A DNA stretch of 64,000 nt from Trichoplax sp. H2 (taxonomy: Eukaryota), in the NCBI GenBank assembly GCA_003344405.1, contig NOWV01000263.1, positions 1 to 64,000 of the forward strand. The letters are read 5' to 3'. The notes beneath the pieces were generated by a model. It was not told the origin of the DNA, did not search any database, and worked only from the letters and a program-made list of their open reading frames with translations. Position 1 is the first letter of the stretch; the number at the start of each line of letters is the position of its first letter. The translations under genes were made by a program, and so were the position numbers. This document shows, piece by piece, positions 1 to 18,260 of this stretch.

Positions 1-290
1 GCTGATAAGAAAAGATGGCATTGCCTGGTGTGAGTCACTACGGTACTCAACTGTAAGGGATTACGTAGTACTGTATACGTACGTGCAGTACTACTGTACG
101 TCTACTACTCAGATCAACAGCTCAGTGTGGATCGCCGCTTGGCCGGACCGGGCCAGGCACGAGTAGATCTTGGCTTGGCCGGACCGGGTAGGGTACGAGT
201 GTACGACACTTCATCGCACGGTCTGACTATTCAGTCCAGTAAGCTAATAAGAAAAGATGGCATTGCCTGGTGTGAGACAGTACGGTACTA
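1..290. repeat. Short dispersed direct repeats: ~50 bp (1-50 vs 243-291) and ~28 bp GC-rich (137-165 vs 173-200)
   Basis: gctgataagaaaagatggcattgcctggtgtgagtcactacggtact recurs as gctaataagaaaagatggcattgcctggtgtgagacagtacggtact; gcttggccggaccggg occurs twice in tandem. Confidence 0.85.
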
Positions 291-334
291 AGACAGACTT
301 TGCACTGTGACACATCAGACAGATCTCTTCACAA

Positions 335-470
335 ATTACAGTACAGTATTGTACAGTACTGTAGAATGGGAACAATCGAAATACTGTACTGTACTGTACA
401 GTACAGTGTACAGTACACTGTACACCGTACAACAGTACATTGTACCCTATACCATGCACTGTACACTGTG
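335..470. repeat. Low-complexity ACTGT/ACAGT (TACTGTAC) simple-repeat tract
   Basis: Dense tandem and inverted copies, e.g. tactgtactgtactgtacagtacagtgtacagtacactgtacac. This explains the spurious ORFs 244..516, 300..533 and 307..510. Confidence 0.8.
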
Positions 471-656
471 CAGTCATCAAAATCTGATGGCAGTCGTTTT
501 CACCCAGTGATGTCACCCAGCGGGGCGCGATGACCTGCCAATGTGTACAACAGCGGCAGCTCTTGACGTTGTATGGGTGACATTGATTTTGCTATGGATT
601 TGCCCTATCAAGAGCAAGGTAAACTATTGTACTATACTGTACATTAGGACATACGG

Positions 657-1071
657 TACTGTATCAGCGATCCTATAGACTACTGATCTTTTTCTGGTAG
701 TTTATGCAATAATCAGGTATCATGTATCAGTAGGCCTCACATTGTTACAGTAGCTAGACATACTGTATCAGCGATCCTATGGACTTACTTATTTTTTTCT
801 AGTAGTTTATGCAACAATCACACCCTGGAATGGCAAGCAATTCAGGCCACAGTAGGGTAAAAAGACTCAGGTATCATGTATCAGTAGGCCTCATATTGCT
901 ACAGTAGCTAGACATACTGTATCAGCGATCCTATGGACTACTGATCTTTTTCTAGTAGTTTATGCAATAATCACACCCTGGAATGGCAAGCAATTCAGGC
1001 CACAGTAGGGTAAAAAGACTTAGGTATCATGTATCAGTAGGCCTCATATTGCTACACTACTGTAGCTAGAC
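657..1071. repeat. Tandem repeat, ~154 bp unit, 3 copies (first copy has a ~50 bp internal deletion)
   Basis: tactgtatcagcgatcctat...gtttatgcaataatca[caccctggaatggcaagcaattcaggccacagtagggtaaaaagact]...ggtatcatgtatcagtaggcctca restarts at ~657, ~761 and ~915; copies 2 and 3 are nearly identical. Confidence 0.9.
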
Positions 1072-2457
1072 TTGCAACGTAGTGTACAGTATACATGTGT
1101 ACATGGACTATTTCACTTGGGGTGGGCGATTAATCCACAATCTCTCCCGAAAGGCTGCAGTAGGCTTGCAACATACAGTATGCCTCCAATCATACACCGA
1201 TTGTCAGCCAAATAAGCTACTACAGTAGGTTGGCTTTTACTTAGGGTCTCTAGCTTTTGACCACTTCAGTACTTGCAGCGATGACAAGAGAAACGATCAC
1301 AGCACCTCCAAGGCTACACTTTCTACCGACTGCTTTTGAAACAGTTCAGCAGGCATCAACAACTTGATGTCCCATTCTAAATCGGAGCATAGGACTATAC
1401 GGCAATAAATTGGATTACACTATTTCAATCCATATTCATCTCTTACGAGTAAAGTTCAGTCAGACATTGAGGCTGTCCAATGTTCATTGGTGTTGATGTC
1501 TTGATCGAGCCACAACAGCAGCATTGAAGAGAAGGTATTGCCACTGCAATACTGTAGTGTCTATTAATTCATGATCAACTAATGAAACGATAATATTCGC
1601 TATCCATGACAAAGTAGGCACTAACTAAAAGCTGAAGCTGCGCCGTATTTGATACAAACTCCACTTTCTCCTTTGATGGCACTCTAATTTGGCCTTGACG
1701 TCCTAAAACAAGCTACGCGGCCATCATTGAAGCCAATAATAAATTATTTATTCATCAATCATTATTATTAAGGAATTATTGTTGATTCAATTCTACGGTA
1801 TTTATTTATCAATTGCCAAAATATGAAATCATCTCCTGGCCGAGGCAAGAGAGAATACTTGTGATACAAAGCAAAAGAAACTACTGATCATAAACAAGGC
1901 TGACTTGTGCAGCTAATAGCGAATCTATTAAGTAAGTATTCACTAGGTAAACAATTTTGGCTTCGGAAATGTCACCTAAATTAAAATGTGCGCGTCCATA
2001 CCGTAATGACGCATTGCATTCCCTAGCGTTCGACTTGCTTTAAGAAGACAACAACTTCTAAACTATCCAGTGCTTATGTGTCTACACTAGTATTAGCCAT
2101 GTAGGGTAAAGGACATTGCTTGTAGGTAGACAAAGTGTGAATTGACTGTCGTAAGCGGCTTTTACTCCATGATGCAATGTTATCCCTACTCTACTGCACC
2201 AATACAATTCTTAGCCCTGATGAGTGTTGACCCTCATTAACAGCCCATGCATAATCTTACTAACGTAAGCATACAGTATGTGTTTTACGACTCTACATCA
2301 TAAAGCTGAAATGGACATCTTATAACTTATAGTATACCAAAACAGGTAAAAAGGCAGTTATACTACCACAATTCCAACAAAATTGAGGACTGTTGACAGC
2401 ACAGCAGATACTACATTTACAAGCTTTTAAGCTTTTCATTTATTTTGATAGATCGCA

Positions 2458-3656
2458 ATGCTACTGGATTACGTTGCCACGGTTGGCTTAGGTATATTTT
2501 GCTACCTAGCCGATGCATTAATGGATGTCTCCTTTATTCGTCAGAATACAATACTAAGAGCAATCACGGATAATGCTGCTCATGGCATTATCGCTGCATG
2601 GTCGTGGGCAATCGCTATAGGTTTATCTATCAATTGGAAAACAGCATCGGAAATTTTTCTATGTTTCATTTGCTCATCCGGCCTTGATGTGGATCATTTC
2701 ATTGCAGCAAGATCAATAAAGCTAAAGGTTAGCATACGATCTCAAGATGCGATAACAAAAACTTGAATAGTTTACTCATGCAGATCATACGTTGTTGGTA
2801 AATTCAGAATTTATGCAATTTGCACAACGAATTAAAATACATCGTGCATGTTATTGCGACGCTAATTTCTCTTATCAAAAGGCTAATTTCTGTAAAATTT
2901 AGAAAACACTGCATCAATCTTCTTACAATAATTTGGCAATATTTTATATTAAACATTTAAACTTTATGCATCTATCAGCATTTAATATTATTAACGCAAT
3001 CTTACAATTGACTGCTTAACTGAAAATGAATAGCATGTGGTTTAATCATTCCTACTTTGCGCTACATATCGCATGAGCCTTAACCAGAACGAAAATTTAG
3101 TCTGCTGCCGTTAGTAATGAACAAAACGCTGTACACTACTTTGAAATATGCTAGCCAGACGCACACAATGCATATGACACCATACTTCATTTTAAAAGTA
3201 CAGATAGTAGACTCCCCCAACTGTAAATGATAACGTCATTTGTATTATATCCTTTCCATGATTTAAGACTATGACATACTAGCACCTGATGTGCATAATT
3301 GTTCTATTTCATTTTAGGATGCTCTAGCACTGAACAGAAGGCCATTTCTCCATGCCACTTCACTAATACTCTTTCTATTTTTTGTCACCGTTATCGTTGT
3401 TCGATATATGCCTTTATCGGTATATCATAAAATGAAATATTTACCATATATATTTCTAGCAGCATCACTATCGCATCATTTTCGGGATGGATATCGTCGA
3501 GGCCTATGGTTTGCACCATTTGGGAGTTGTAGACCTTTACCGTATACATTGTACGTATCATTAACTATGGTACTACCATGGATTTTGATTTATCTAATGT
3601 GGATAACTGAGAGCGAAAGAAAGATAAAAAAATCAAAAATATTACTGAATGTATGA
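2458..3656 (+). CDS. TMEM267: Transmembrane protein 267 (C5orf28 homolog), 2 coding exons: 2458-2727, 3318-3656
   Basis: Motifs DNAAHGIIAAWSW, LDVDHFIAARS, then after the splice DALALNRRPFLH and SHHFRDGYRRGLWFAPFG. GT at 2728, AG at 3316-3317, frame preserved. Confidence 0.9.
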
Positions 3657-4865
3657 AATGAAATTTGAAAATTTATCTGTCTGTACTGTATGTCAGCACC
3701 TACGTTCATCGTCCACGAGTAAATGAACTATTGACCTCTACTAATTAGCTCAGCCTAGACGAAAGCCTTATGGAATCAAATGTATTATATTTTATTACTT
3801 GAATATTTCATATGCGATATTGTAATTTTCGCATAAATGAAAGTATGATCGCTATTATTATTATAAGTAGAATATAGAACAATATTTGATTGGAAGTAAA
3901 GGGTGTAAAGATCTTATCCAGATTATGCACCATTTACAGACAATCTTTAATATTCTCAGTTAGCAATTTAAAATTACGCATGTAACATAATCTTCTCTAA
4001 TTTAATATGTTGGAGATTATAATATAATTTATGACACTATTAATATCAAAATAATGGAAGATATGGTAGTAACCGTGTGAAAATGCAATTACAGAAACTT
4101 ATATTAACACTGATATACTGCTATCTTTGCCAAAATAGCAATAATGATGAATACCTTGCAAAGTGGATACAACTTATCAATGGTTATAATAATAATAAAA
4201 ATCTAATCTATAGAACTAATTTATCCATGATATCAATGCAAATATAGTGTACATTCGAGTTGAACCTATTCATGCAGTAATACTATACTTGTTTAACTAC
4301 AAATTAAACGACACTAAAGCAACATTTTGCCCACTGCAGACTTATTAGTCATGTACTTACTGTAACGATTTATTGCCTCTAGCGCGCTTATAGAAGCCCA
4401 ATATATAGCAAAAAAACTACTCAGTGCTGTAGCAACAGATCATGTTTGCTCATTTACTTGTCCAGTCTAATGGAGCAGACTGCTGGTTGCTGTCATGCAT
4501 TGTGTACACATTTCTACTCTACGTGATAGTAAATAATTGACGCCTATGGTCCTATACAGCATATACTGCACTCCCCAGTATGGCATGATACATAGTATCA
4601 TTTGCTCTACCGAGCGCGCTATCTACACTATAACGGTCAATATGGCACATTGGTGTATTCTGTATCCTGGAGACGAGATTTGGACGGGCAATTCAATACC
4701 TTACTAACAATTCTAATTTATAATACGTAATAAGGTACCTACCACTTCGCATCGACGTTAGCACGTTCATGAGGTAACAAATTGCAATCATATTTGCGTT
4801 CAGATACTGTAAATCACCGATTGGCGTAGAAGCCTTACAAAATAGAAGGTAGTAGTTCGTTGCAT

Positions 4866-4930
4866 TATATATATGTATATATATATATATATAGTAGCAC
4901 TATTAATAGCTATATCTATATGTATATAAT
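4866..4930. repeat. (TA)n microsatellite
   Basis: tatatatatgtatatatatatatatatag. Confidence 0.8.
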
Positions 4931-5228
4931 AGCATTATTAATGACTGTTAGACCTTGACGTTAGCTTCTCTCTAAATTGTAAATTGGCGTAGATTGTAAG
5001 CTACTTCTGCAACGTATCCCTAATAGTCAATATTTTGTTCATGTTTATTGGTAAATCAGTGAATTATCCGTTAGCTGTACCTCCCAATCGGTTAAGCATT
5101 GGTTCCCTAAAATAACTATTATCAATCTGAAAGACATACTTCAAGAATAAAGAATAGATATCATTAGTACACTATTCTACTAGTTGGTGCTACATACAAT
5201 TGATCTCCGCTCTCTATAAAGTCTAGCC

Positions 5229-9501
<4,273 letters not shown>

Positions 9502-11717
9502 TATGCACTGGTAAATTTAGCTGCAATTGATAGTATGCTCTTATACCTATAGCTCTCATGTCGCAATAAATTGAAAATTTTCAATTAAAACGTTCTAAAA
9601 TAAGCTTTTATAATAACAATGATGAAATTTTATTACAGGTAAAATAAATCTAGTTAACCATACTACAGCAATTCCGGTACTGATTGTAACTTCCAATTTT
9701 GCCAATTTATCGCAATATCTACCATCTACAAGAAATATATTAACGTATGCCTTTAAACTGTTCAACTTTTAGTGAGAAAAAACTAAAGACGAGATGTTAG
9801 ATTTAATTCGTATCTAGTGGAACTGTGAATTATTATAATTCATTATATTGTACTTTTATTTTTATGATGAACACTATTTATTAGCATCGCTTGCGATTTT
9901 AGTTCTAATAGGTGTCACATTAGCAATTCTAAAGTAATGTATGTTGAATTGGTGACATATCGTAATGCTGTGATCGAGGTCGAAATACTGTATAAACAAT
10001 CATCATTGCGTTATACACGATTATTCGTACAAGTACCTAACTTCATCTTCAAGAAATTAGCTTCTATTTATTGCCGATCTTTTTGAGATTGTATTGCTAG
10101 TTACTACACCCCAGAACGTTATTTTGAAGTATGTTTGTGATAGAATAATGTACATAATATTTATTACTGCTTTTAATGGCATTGACTACCGAGCGATTGT
10201 TCTTAATTCCATCAGTAATTCTATTTTATTTCAAGTACGTTAACAGAACTACTCGTACATATTCTTCGTGTTTACCGTATCATATATCATTTGTGTACTC
10301 CTTCTATTTGAACGACTCAAATTAACATGAATATATGCTAGCCAAACTTGAAATGTATAAACAAATAAGTAAAAGTATATCTTTTTGTAAACAGCTTATA
10401 GAGGAATAAATATGCTCTCATCTGTTACGCAGTTGATTCTTAAGAGATAATTATAAATTGTAGATCATCTTGCTCAGTTGAACAGATGCAGTGGAGCGCT
10501 AGATTACTTTTAGACCAATTACTATGATGAATTATGGTCTATAATACAGTATTTCAAATTTGAATTTCCGTGTGAAAAATTATTAGTCTACGATGTAATG
10601 TATAGTAGGTACTTTTTATTATTCAGTGACATTGACTGAGAGGCAATTTTAAATACTAATTACTATCTAATACTACCGCATCATTCAATCTTAGCACTCT
10701 ACAATCTACCCATTGCTATATCGTAGCCGAAATCGGGTAATAAAGTGTACACCACATAATAGCCTTTTTAAGTATCGACAATGTATCAATCTAAAATTCG
10801 CTTAAAATTAAGTAACACTAATGCTTTATTAATTTAGTAGCTGTACACTCATTCTTTATAGTTCATATTCAATCGCAAATTTCGTTGATTAAGAGATCAA
10901 TATGATCACTATATGTCTATCTAATCAGTACTCTTACCGTACTTAATACGATATGAGTAATAAAGTCATTACATAGCAGAGCATGTATGGTTGAATTATA
11001 AACGAAGGTATCTAGGGTAAAATAGATCAGCAGCGCGTTTTCTCTAGCAGAATCGGTAGACCTGAAATATTGCGGTATACCCTTTAAGCTAGAAAATTAT
11101 TTCAAATTTTATTTCCGTAACTTTAAGTAGTTTATCGAGCGAATGTATAAGATATTTTATCCCATATCATCATAGAAATGAATTTCACTTTCGTAGAATA
11201 GTCTTGTTCGTTTTCCTTGCATAAGTATATTGGTGTTAAATTACTATTATTTATATGAAAAGCTGCATAACCCTGAAATTTTGCTTAGCAGCTTTTCACA
11301 TTAAGAAATAGATTAGGAGCATTCTATGCCAAGCAGTAAAATACATATCAAATCAAAATGTTGTATCATATACCGAATTCTGCATACATAGATGATAGCT
11401 AGATTACTAGCATATTAATTATCATTATTATTAGATTATCTTGATGATTTCAACACTCTTCTGCTATATCAATGTTAGAATAAAAATTATTCATTAAATA
11501 ATTGTAGGTTTATCAATTTATACAGCAATGATATTACACTTCGCTATTATGATCGATGACAAGGTAAAGGGTTTTATTGTCCCTTCAATTTGTCAATTAT
11601 TTAGCGCAATATGAAAGATCCGATCTTATATATTACAATATAAAGCAGCATGGTAATATAAAACATAAACAGGACTACCAACTGAAACAATTGTACTTAT
11701 ACAGAGCTACTGTCAAG

Positions 11718-12812
11718 CTATCTTCGAGGTTCTACCCATGCTTCGACATGTCGCCGAGGACGAGATGGATTATTGACGGGAGCAGATACGGCTCTACCTG
11801 GCCTGTTGATATTCCGATTTCGCCTACAGTAAAATGCTATTCGTAAGTTAGCCCACATAGCTTGTCGAAATCGAGGATTTTGAATACCATATAACATTGG
11901 ATTATATAATGATGTTAAACAAGTTACTAAAATGGTCATTAGAATAACAGTAAAAGTAGGAAAGTTAGTTTCTAGGTAGAGGGCGGTAAAATTTTTACCG
12001 GTTATTCCCATGCTAAGCAAGACAACAAAGTAAGGCCAAGAAGCTAGCATAAATACAGCTGTTGCTATAATTAAGACACGCACTGCAGCATAACGTCGAT
12101 CATCGAATAAAACCGTACTATGATATTCTTGATCAAGACGAGCTTGACGATTATATGTTGCTCTTATTTTGAATATGATTCTACCATATAAAGAGACCAT
12201 TAAAAATAATGGAATAACGTAAGAGATTAACGTTACGATAACAATCGTTACTGTAAAACTACGATAATATTTAAGATCTAAATCACAAATGTATGAAAAA
12301 TTAGCCGAAACATCGGCAAAAAGGATAAAAGGCGCCGAGCACATAAGGCCTGATAGCCAAGTAAAAACAATCACTGACATTAATTTCCACCTTTCATTAA
12401 TTAAGGTAGAAACACGATTAGATATTATTACATAATAACGATCAATACAAATAACTGAGAGGGATTGCGTTGTTGTCACTAAGGATAACATTAATGGAAA
12501 GATAACTAATTTACATACTGTGGCTAAGGTACTGATGGAAGCAGCTTGAGACAAACATAACGCTTGAGCAATTGTGAACAGAATTTGGCATATACCGCAT
12601 AACAAATCTGATACTGCCATATTGGCGATAAGTATAAAAGGTGCTGAGTGCATACGGCGTACACGATAAACAGTATAAATTACTAGTAGATTACTGCATA
12701 CAACAGCTAATGCGTTGAAACATAGAAAACCGGATAATATTGTATAAGATTTAATTAATGGTTTAGTTGGAATGGGTGTACTTGTAACATTGGCCAGGCG
12801 AAAAAGATCCAT
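11718..12812 (-). CDS. Intronless rhodopsin-like (class A) 7TM GPCR, orphan/peptide-receptor-like
   Basis: Seven hydrophobic segments; TM1 SNLLV, TM2 NMAVSDL, TM3 Cys and IDRYY, TM4 W, ECL2 Cys, TM5 YVIPL..LY, TM7 NPMLY, helix 8 FRQAM. First ATG at 12812 (the ORF track starts at an upstream TTG). Confidence 0.93.
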   Translation of the reverse strand: MDLFRLANVTSTPIPTKPLIKSYTILSGFLCFNALAVVCSNLLVIYTVYRVRRMHSAPFILIANMAVSDLLCGICQILFTIAQALCLSQAASISTLATVCKLVIFPLMLSLVTTTQSLSVICIDRYYVIISNRVSTLINERWKLMSVIVFTWLSGLMCSAPFILFADVSANFSYICDLDLKYYRSFTVTIVIVTLISYVIPLFLMVSLYGRIIFKIRATYNRQARLDQEYHSTVLFDDRRYAAVRVLIIATAVFMLASWPYFVVLLSMGITGKNFTALYLETNFPTFTVILMTILVTCLTSLYNPMLYGIQNPRFRQAMWANLRIAFYCRRNRNINRPGRAVSAPVNNPSRPRRHVEAWVEPRR

Positions 12813-13967
12813 TCGTAATATTGACAAGCGGCATGAAATGATATTGATGATTTGATGTGTTAGACGGCAAGAAAAACTAGTATTTATCTATTGCAGTTTT
12901 GAATAGAGTATCTGATCTGATGGTAGAGCCAGTTAAAGTTAAAATTTGAAGAGCAATATATCGTTTCTTTTTAGAATAAATTAGCTTATATTACTTTTTA
13001 AAACACAAACATTAAATTAACGTTATTAATGTAGAAGATTCTAGATAATTAAATTGATTCTATATAGCTTACATTTGGCTTAAAAAATGTAGTGATAAGT
13101 GGTAATGACTTCAATGATTGATATTAGTTTCATAATAGCTACACATAATGTCTGCTTTACTGTTGGAGTCAATTACGTAATTTAATCTTAGTTTTTTATT
13201 AATTAATTAATAAATGAAGGTTGTTTAATCGATATGATAATCCTCTATACTATTAATCCTTGCTTGATTCCAGCTTTCCTTGATCCATTCTAGTATTATC
13301 TTTTTATCTTATCCCCCATTTTATTGACGAATTCTCAATTTCATAATCGTTCCAATTGAGATGACTGTAAATATTCCAATATTGAGATCAATAGATGATA
13401 TCTTTATAATAACAAACATTTATAAATGAAAATCTTGAAGATCGATGTCATTATCGTCAGAAATACGTACGTTGTAAAATGATGAATGTTTTCTTAATAA
13501 TAGAGTTAAAGTATAAATAAATGGTCGTAACCTATTTATACGAATTGTAAGATTAAATTAAGAACCTATTCAATACCAGTATTGAAATAAAACGTGCTTT
13601 TATTTTTAATTTAAAATATGTTAAACCATTACGTTTATCTTCAGTATTAATAGATAAGATCCAGTCGAGTTAATCATAACAACCTGATACAAATCATATA
13701 GATAGCAATCAATTATGTTATTTGTTTGCATTTTACGTTATAAATTATCTATTGCATACCATATTTGCTCAGCTATTTTGTAAGAAGAGTTAATCTGGGT
13801 TTTAATGACGATCAGTTTGATTAAGGTAGCAACACTTCAACCCTATAGTATTTCATCTATCTATTCCCTACATCCACTCAAAATTTACGTCAAGGTCATC
13901 GATACCTTTTACATCCTATTTATTTACTTTTTCCATTGCATTGCATTAAGTGTTGACTCAAAAGTAC

Positions 13968-14014
13968 TTTATATATCTATATATATATATTATATATGTT
14001 ATATATATATATAT
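13968..14014. repeat. (TA)n microsatellite
   Basis: atatatctatatatatatattatatatgttatatatatatatata. Confidence 0.8.
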
Positions 14015-17000
14015 ACTATCACTATGGCGTATGGCAATACAACAGCTTCTTGACGTTTACTGTATACTCTGATAGTATTTAGTAAACTGATATATTTAAT
14101 TATCAATACTTGTTAGGTGTGGTGTTATCACATTCAATAAACGATAATGTGAAATAAAGTTGATAATAACTTATTTATATCATTTCATTAATTTAAAATG
14201 ATGTTGATTTATTTTTTGTAATAAATATCTATTGAAGACCAAAATATTATTTCATTAACAATGATGACCTTGACATTTACACTATTTCATAACATGATCG
14301 ACCACTTCAATTTCTCGCCACTATTCCTTAAATGGAAATTGTCTGTATAGTGGTTCAAAAATCGTTACGAGCTAGCTATGATGTGACTTAGGATATAGAT
14401 GATAATAGTAACTGTAAAAATTCAAAAATACATGAATTGGAATCATGTAGCATATGCCTTAAAGCATCGTTTAAACAGTTGTGGAAGGGTAATTACTAAT
14501 ATATACATATTATTACGATATAAGTTTAAATGTTCGCAATGATAAATGGTTGCCAAAAGATTTTATTAGCCCCGATATGGTAAAAGATACAGATATATGA
14601 TTAATAGCTACTGTCTTATATTATCTGCTAGGATACAATTTTTTGTCGGATGTAATAAAAATATGAAAAGAGTAGTGAAAATTTCAGAATAATTAATCCT
14701 GTTAATTTTCAACTAATCCAAACTGTGGATTTATAATAATTAGTCCTTTACATAAACCCAGCTTAGCATCATAACTTTATATTATTTATATTTTTACGTA
14801 TTATATAATAGAAGAGATTAATTTGAACTTTACTATTGTTTTCGTTTGTGTCGTGTAAAGTTTGATATATTAAGTAGATAGAGAAGAGTTGATACAATAC
14901 TGCGCTTTTGTTGTATATGTGATTTGAACGATTTCTATAGACGGTAGATATATCTGATTATGATATTATTTCAACTATTAAAATACTATAACTGAAACGG
15001 TAGACAACTTTCAAAGTTCGATGAAACTGCATATTTGTTATCATTGAATTGTTGAATGACTGATAATATTACATCTCATATCATTTATCAATTAAGGGAA
15101 TAGTACGGAAGGAATGTTACATGTATCCTTAATTATTGCATAGTGTATACATATTAAAACGACCATAAATGAATTTTAAGTATCAAAATTACTGCATTAT
15201 GCTATTCCATTACCACTCATTTACAAAGATATGGATAGTTAAAATGGGATTTTCTTACTATATATTTTCACTCATGCAGTGGTACAACTGATACTAGAAG
15301 AATAAAGAGAAGTTTACTCTAGATACAAGAAATCAACGAGTTTCATTTTAAAGATATAAATGTTGTGCGCTATAATAAACTTAGGACGGGATCTTAGATA
15401 ATTGTAAGAGAATTGATGAGCTATATTCATTGCTATATAATTCTTGACGTTGGTGAAATCATGATATGGGTAAACTACTTCCTAATGTCAAGGGCAATAT
15501 CTGCTATTTGAGTTACAGAACCTGAAAGACTAGAGCTATTCCAGCGTAATTGAATGATGAGGTTTCAAATTAGATGCATTTTGCTAAGACATGTTGAAGT
15601 AAAAGTACAGCATATCTTGCATTCAGCACAATTTATTGATAGTATATTATCCGATGCTGGCTATATTCGGCTTAAATTTTTATAGGCAATAGAATATATT
15701 CGTATAGTAACTATTACGTTACATGATAAATTGTAAATGTTGGTTATGAAGTAAACTACAGTATCTCAGTTCCTTAGATATAAGCAGTGGTGGCTTAAGC
15801 AGCTTAAGACTATTTTCTATAAATTATTTTGCTAGTTAGAGCAAGTAGTTTAAATTATAGCAAGTATCTCTATGCCATGCAGATAGCAATCCGCTCTTAC
15901 GTATAAGGAATAATCGGCTTATATAAAACGGGATGGTGTGATACTCAGGACTTTCTGTACGTGACTACAGTTAGAGCCTAGCAACAAATTGCTTATAAAA
16001 GAATAAAAGTTAGGTTAATTACTAAGGCACGATCGATGTGAATACTGCTATTAACAGATGTTCTATATGTAGATTTTTTGCGCTTGATGTTATGCATATG
16101 CTAATGATGAGGCGTAAATCAATTGAAAGCGAACTAGATTTCCCGAAGTCATTCTACTGTACTTTAAGTAAATGAAATCTTGTGTAATATTATCTTTAAT
16201 AGTCAATATTAAAGTGCAGTATAATAGAGAAGAGATATCCGCAGTTAAGTTAGACCACTCAGGTATGCAGTAAAACGTGGAACCTTTCATGATATTAAGA
16301 AAATAGTAGAGATGACTTTGTTAAAATAGACTGATAGAGTATACAGTAAAGCGTAGAATTTTTTTTTATCAAGGATAGATTTATCTTTAGAATATCGTTA
16401 AAATAAAATGGAAATGGCTTAGTAGACACTGAGTTAATCTTAACTTTGGAGATACCCAATTAACAATACTTGCCCTACAGTAGAACTGAGGGCAGTTGTT
16501 TAATCGAGAATTAATCGTCAAAGTTGAAAGTCATTAAGGATTGTATACATATGTTAATCATTATTCAGTAAAGTAGCGTAGTGGTTTAGGTATTTAATTC
16601 AGAATTAAGAGTGTTTCTTAGATACAGCTTAGGAATTATTTGCTGCCATGGGGACAATCATTGCAGTAGCCTACTACATAGATTATTAAGTTTGGCCTTG
16701 TGGATAATTGATTATATATTGCAAGAAAGCAAGAAAATTTGTGTCAAGTGTGATTCAATACCAATTTTAAATCTGCATTTCTAATTCACGAGGTATTTAC
16801 TGGACAGAAAATAGTTTGAAATATTCGATTAGATACCTTTTTATCAATTGAATAGGCCTTATTGTCAAAGCTGTGATAATATAGATATTGGTTGGGGTTG
16901 AAGATATGGATTCTAATGTTCCCTAGAGTAAAGTATTTACAAAATTTTTAAATTATAAATTTTTAATGCGACACGACGTTCCATTTATTCGTGAATTATA

Positions 17001-17689
17001 CCTAATTTTAAAGATACATATCGAATGTTATCAACGATGATGAGGGCTTTGTTATTAAAATTGATGAAGGGACTAGATCAATTTATGTTTTGTCGTTAGT
17101 TACCGAATTAATTATTGATGGCAGATAGTTCTGTGCTCAGATGATTTTATTAAAATTATAAAATATTAATATGCAGTATTTGCAAAGCATGCCACATCAG
17201 AAATAATGCGACGCAATACCTTAGTCAAAATTTTCTTACTGTTGATCTATCATAGACTGGGTGTAATCGATGGTATTCAAGTTACTATCTCGCTTGTTTA
17301 GTCACGCTAGACGCGTATGGAATTTACAATGGAATATAAGAAGTTAGATATATAGGATTTTGGCTATGATATGTGAAATAAATTGCCTGTATTCCTAAAA
17401 GTATACAGATAAGTTACCAGCAGTAAGTATCAAGAATAATCATTAAAGTCGAGATGAATAACAATATATTAAAATTGAAAATGTCGTTTTCTACAAGATA
17501 TAAATCGATTTTAGGAACGTTAATGATAGTTTATTCGTATTAGTTAATTTAATGCGTTACACGCAGAATTAAGGATAGACTTTGCTGCTTATTAGCAGAC
17601 ATAGCCGCGGTTGAGATCGACGATATTCAAACTAATTTCAGCGTTCATTGGAAATGATCATGGAATTTCGCAATGGCAATCAATAGTAG

Positions 17690-18260
17690 TAGATATGCCG
17701 ATGGCAGTGTTACATAATGGATCATATTCATGTTCCGTTTGTCAATCGTTTCTTAAGGCAACAGCACCAGATATGCCGATGGTAATGTTGCACAATATTC
17801 CAACTCCATTTATATATTTGTCTCTTAACTCAATCGTGGCAGACATGTCGATGATTGTACTGCGTAGTACATAATATTTAAGCTACTTTTATTCCTTGTT
17901 TCTAAACTGCATTAGACATGCGATAATAGTATTTAAAAGGACATGATTTTCAAGCTACTTTTACTAGTTGCCTCTTAACTTAACAGTAGTCGACATGCCG
18001 AGACCAGTATTACATCGTGCCTAATATTCAAGTTGCTTTTACTACTCCTTTCTTAACTCAACAGTAGTAGACATACCGATGGCCGTATTACAAAATATTC
18101 AAGTTACATTTTATGATTCCTCTTTGATTCAATGGTAGATGACATGCCGATATCCCTATTGCATAGTATTCAATTTTTTTGGTACTTGTCTCTTCACTCA
18201 ATAGGCTTGCTGTAGTCTTTACAACTCTTGCCGAGCTAGTCAACATGCCAGTTATTAATC
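17690..18260. repeat. Degenerate tandem repeat, ~72-78 bp unit, ~8 copies
   Basis: Anchor GAYATGCCG(A) and variants at 17692, 17770, 17842, 17915, 17992, 18070, 18141 and 18242, typically followed by ATATTCAAG and TCTTAACTCAA variants. Confidence 0.8.

Noticed and set aside
244..533. Three overlapping short ORFs rich in Y/C/T/V
   Set aside because: They are translations of the ACTGT/ACAGT low-complexity tract.
1240..1900. Exon-like segments with AG/GT boundaries on the minus strand
   Set aside because: I could not join them into a continuous ORF or recognise a protein; they may be a non-coding transcript or chance.
11718..12812. GPCR as an opsin
   Set aside because: Position 7.43 is Cys, not the retinal-binding Lys, and there are no other opsin-specific motifs.
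13000..17600. Long AT-rich interval searched for genes, transposons and RNA genes
   Set aside because: No convincing ORFs, terminal repeats or tRNA/rRNA motifs seen by eye; treated as intergenic.
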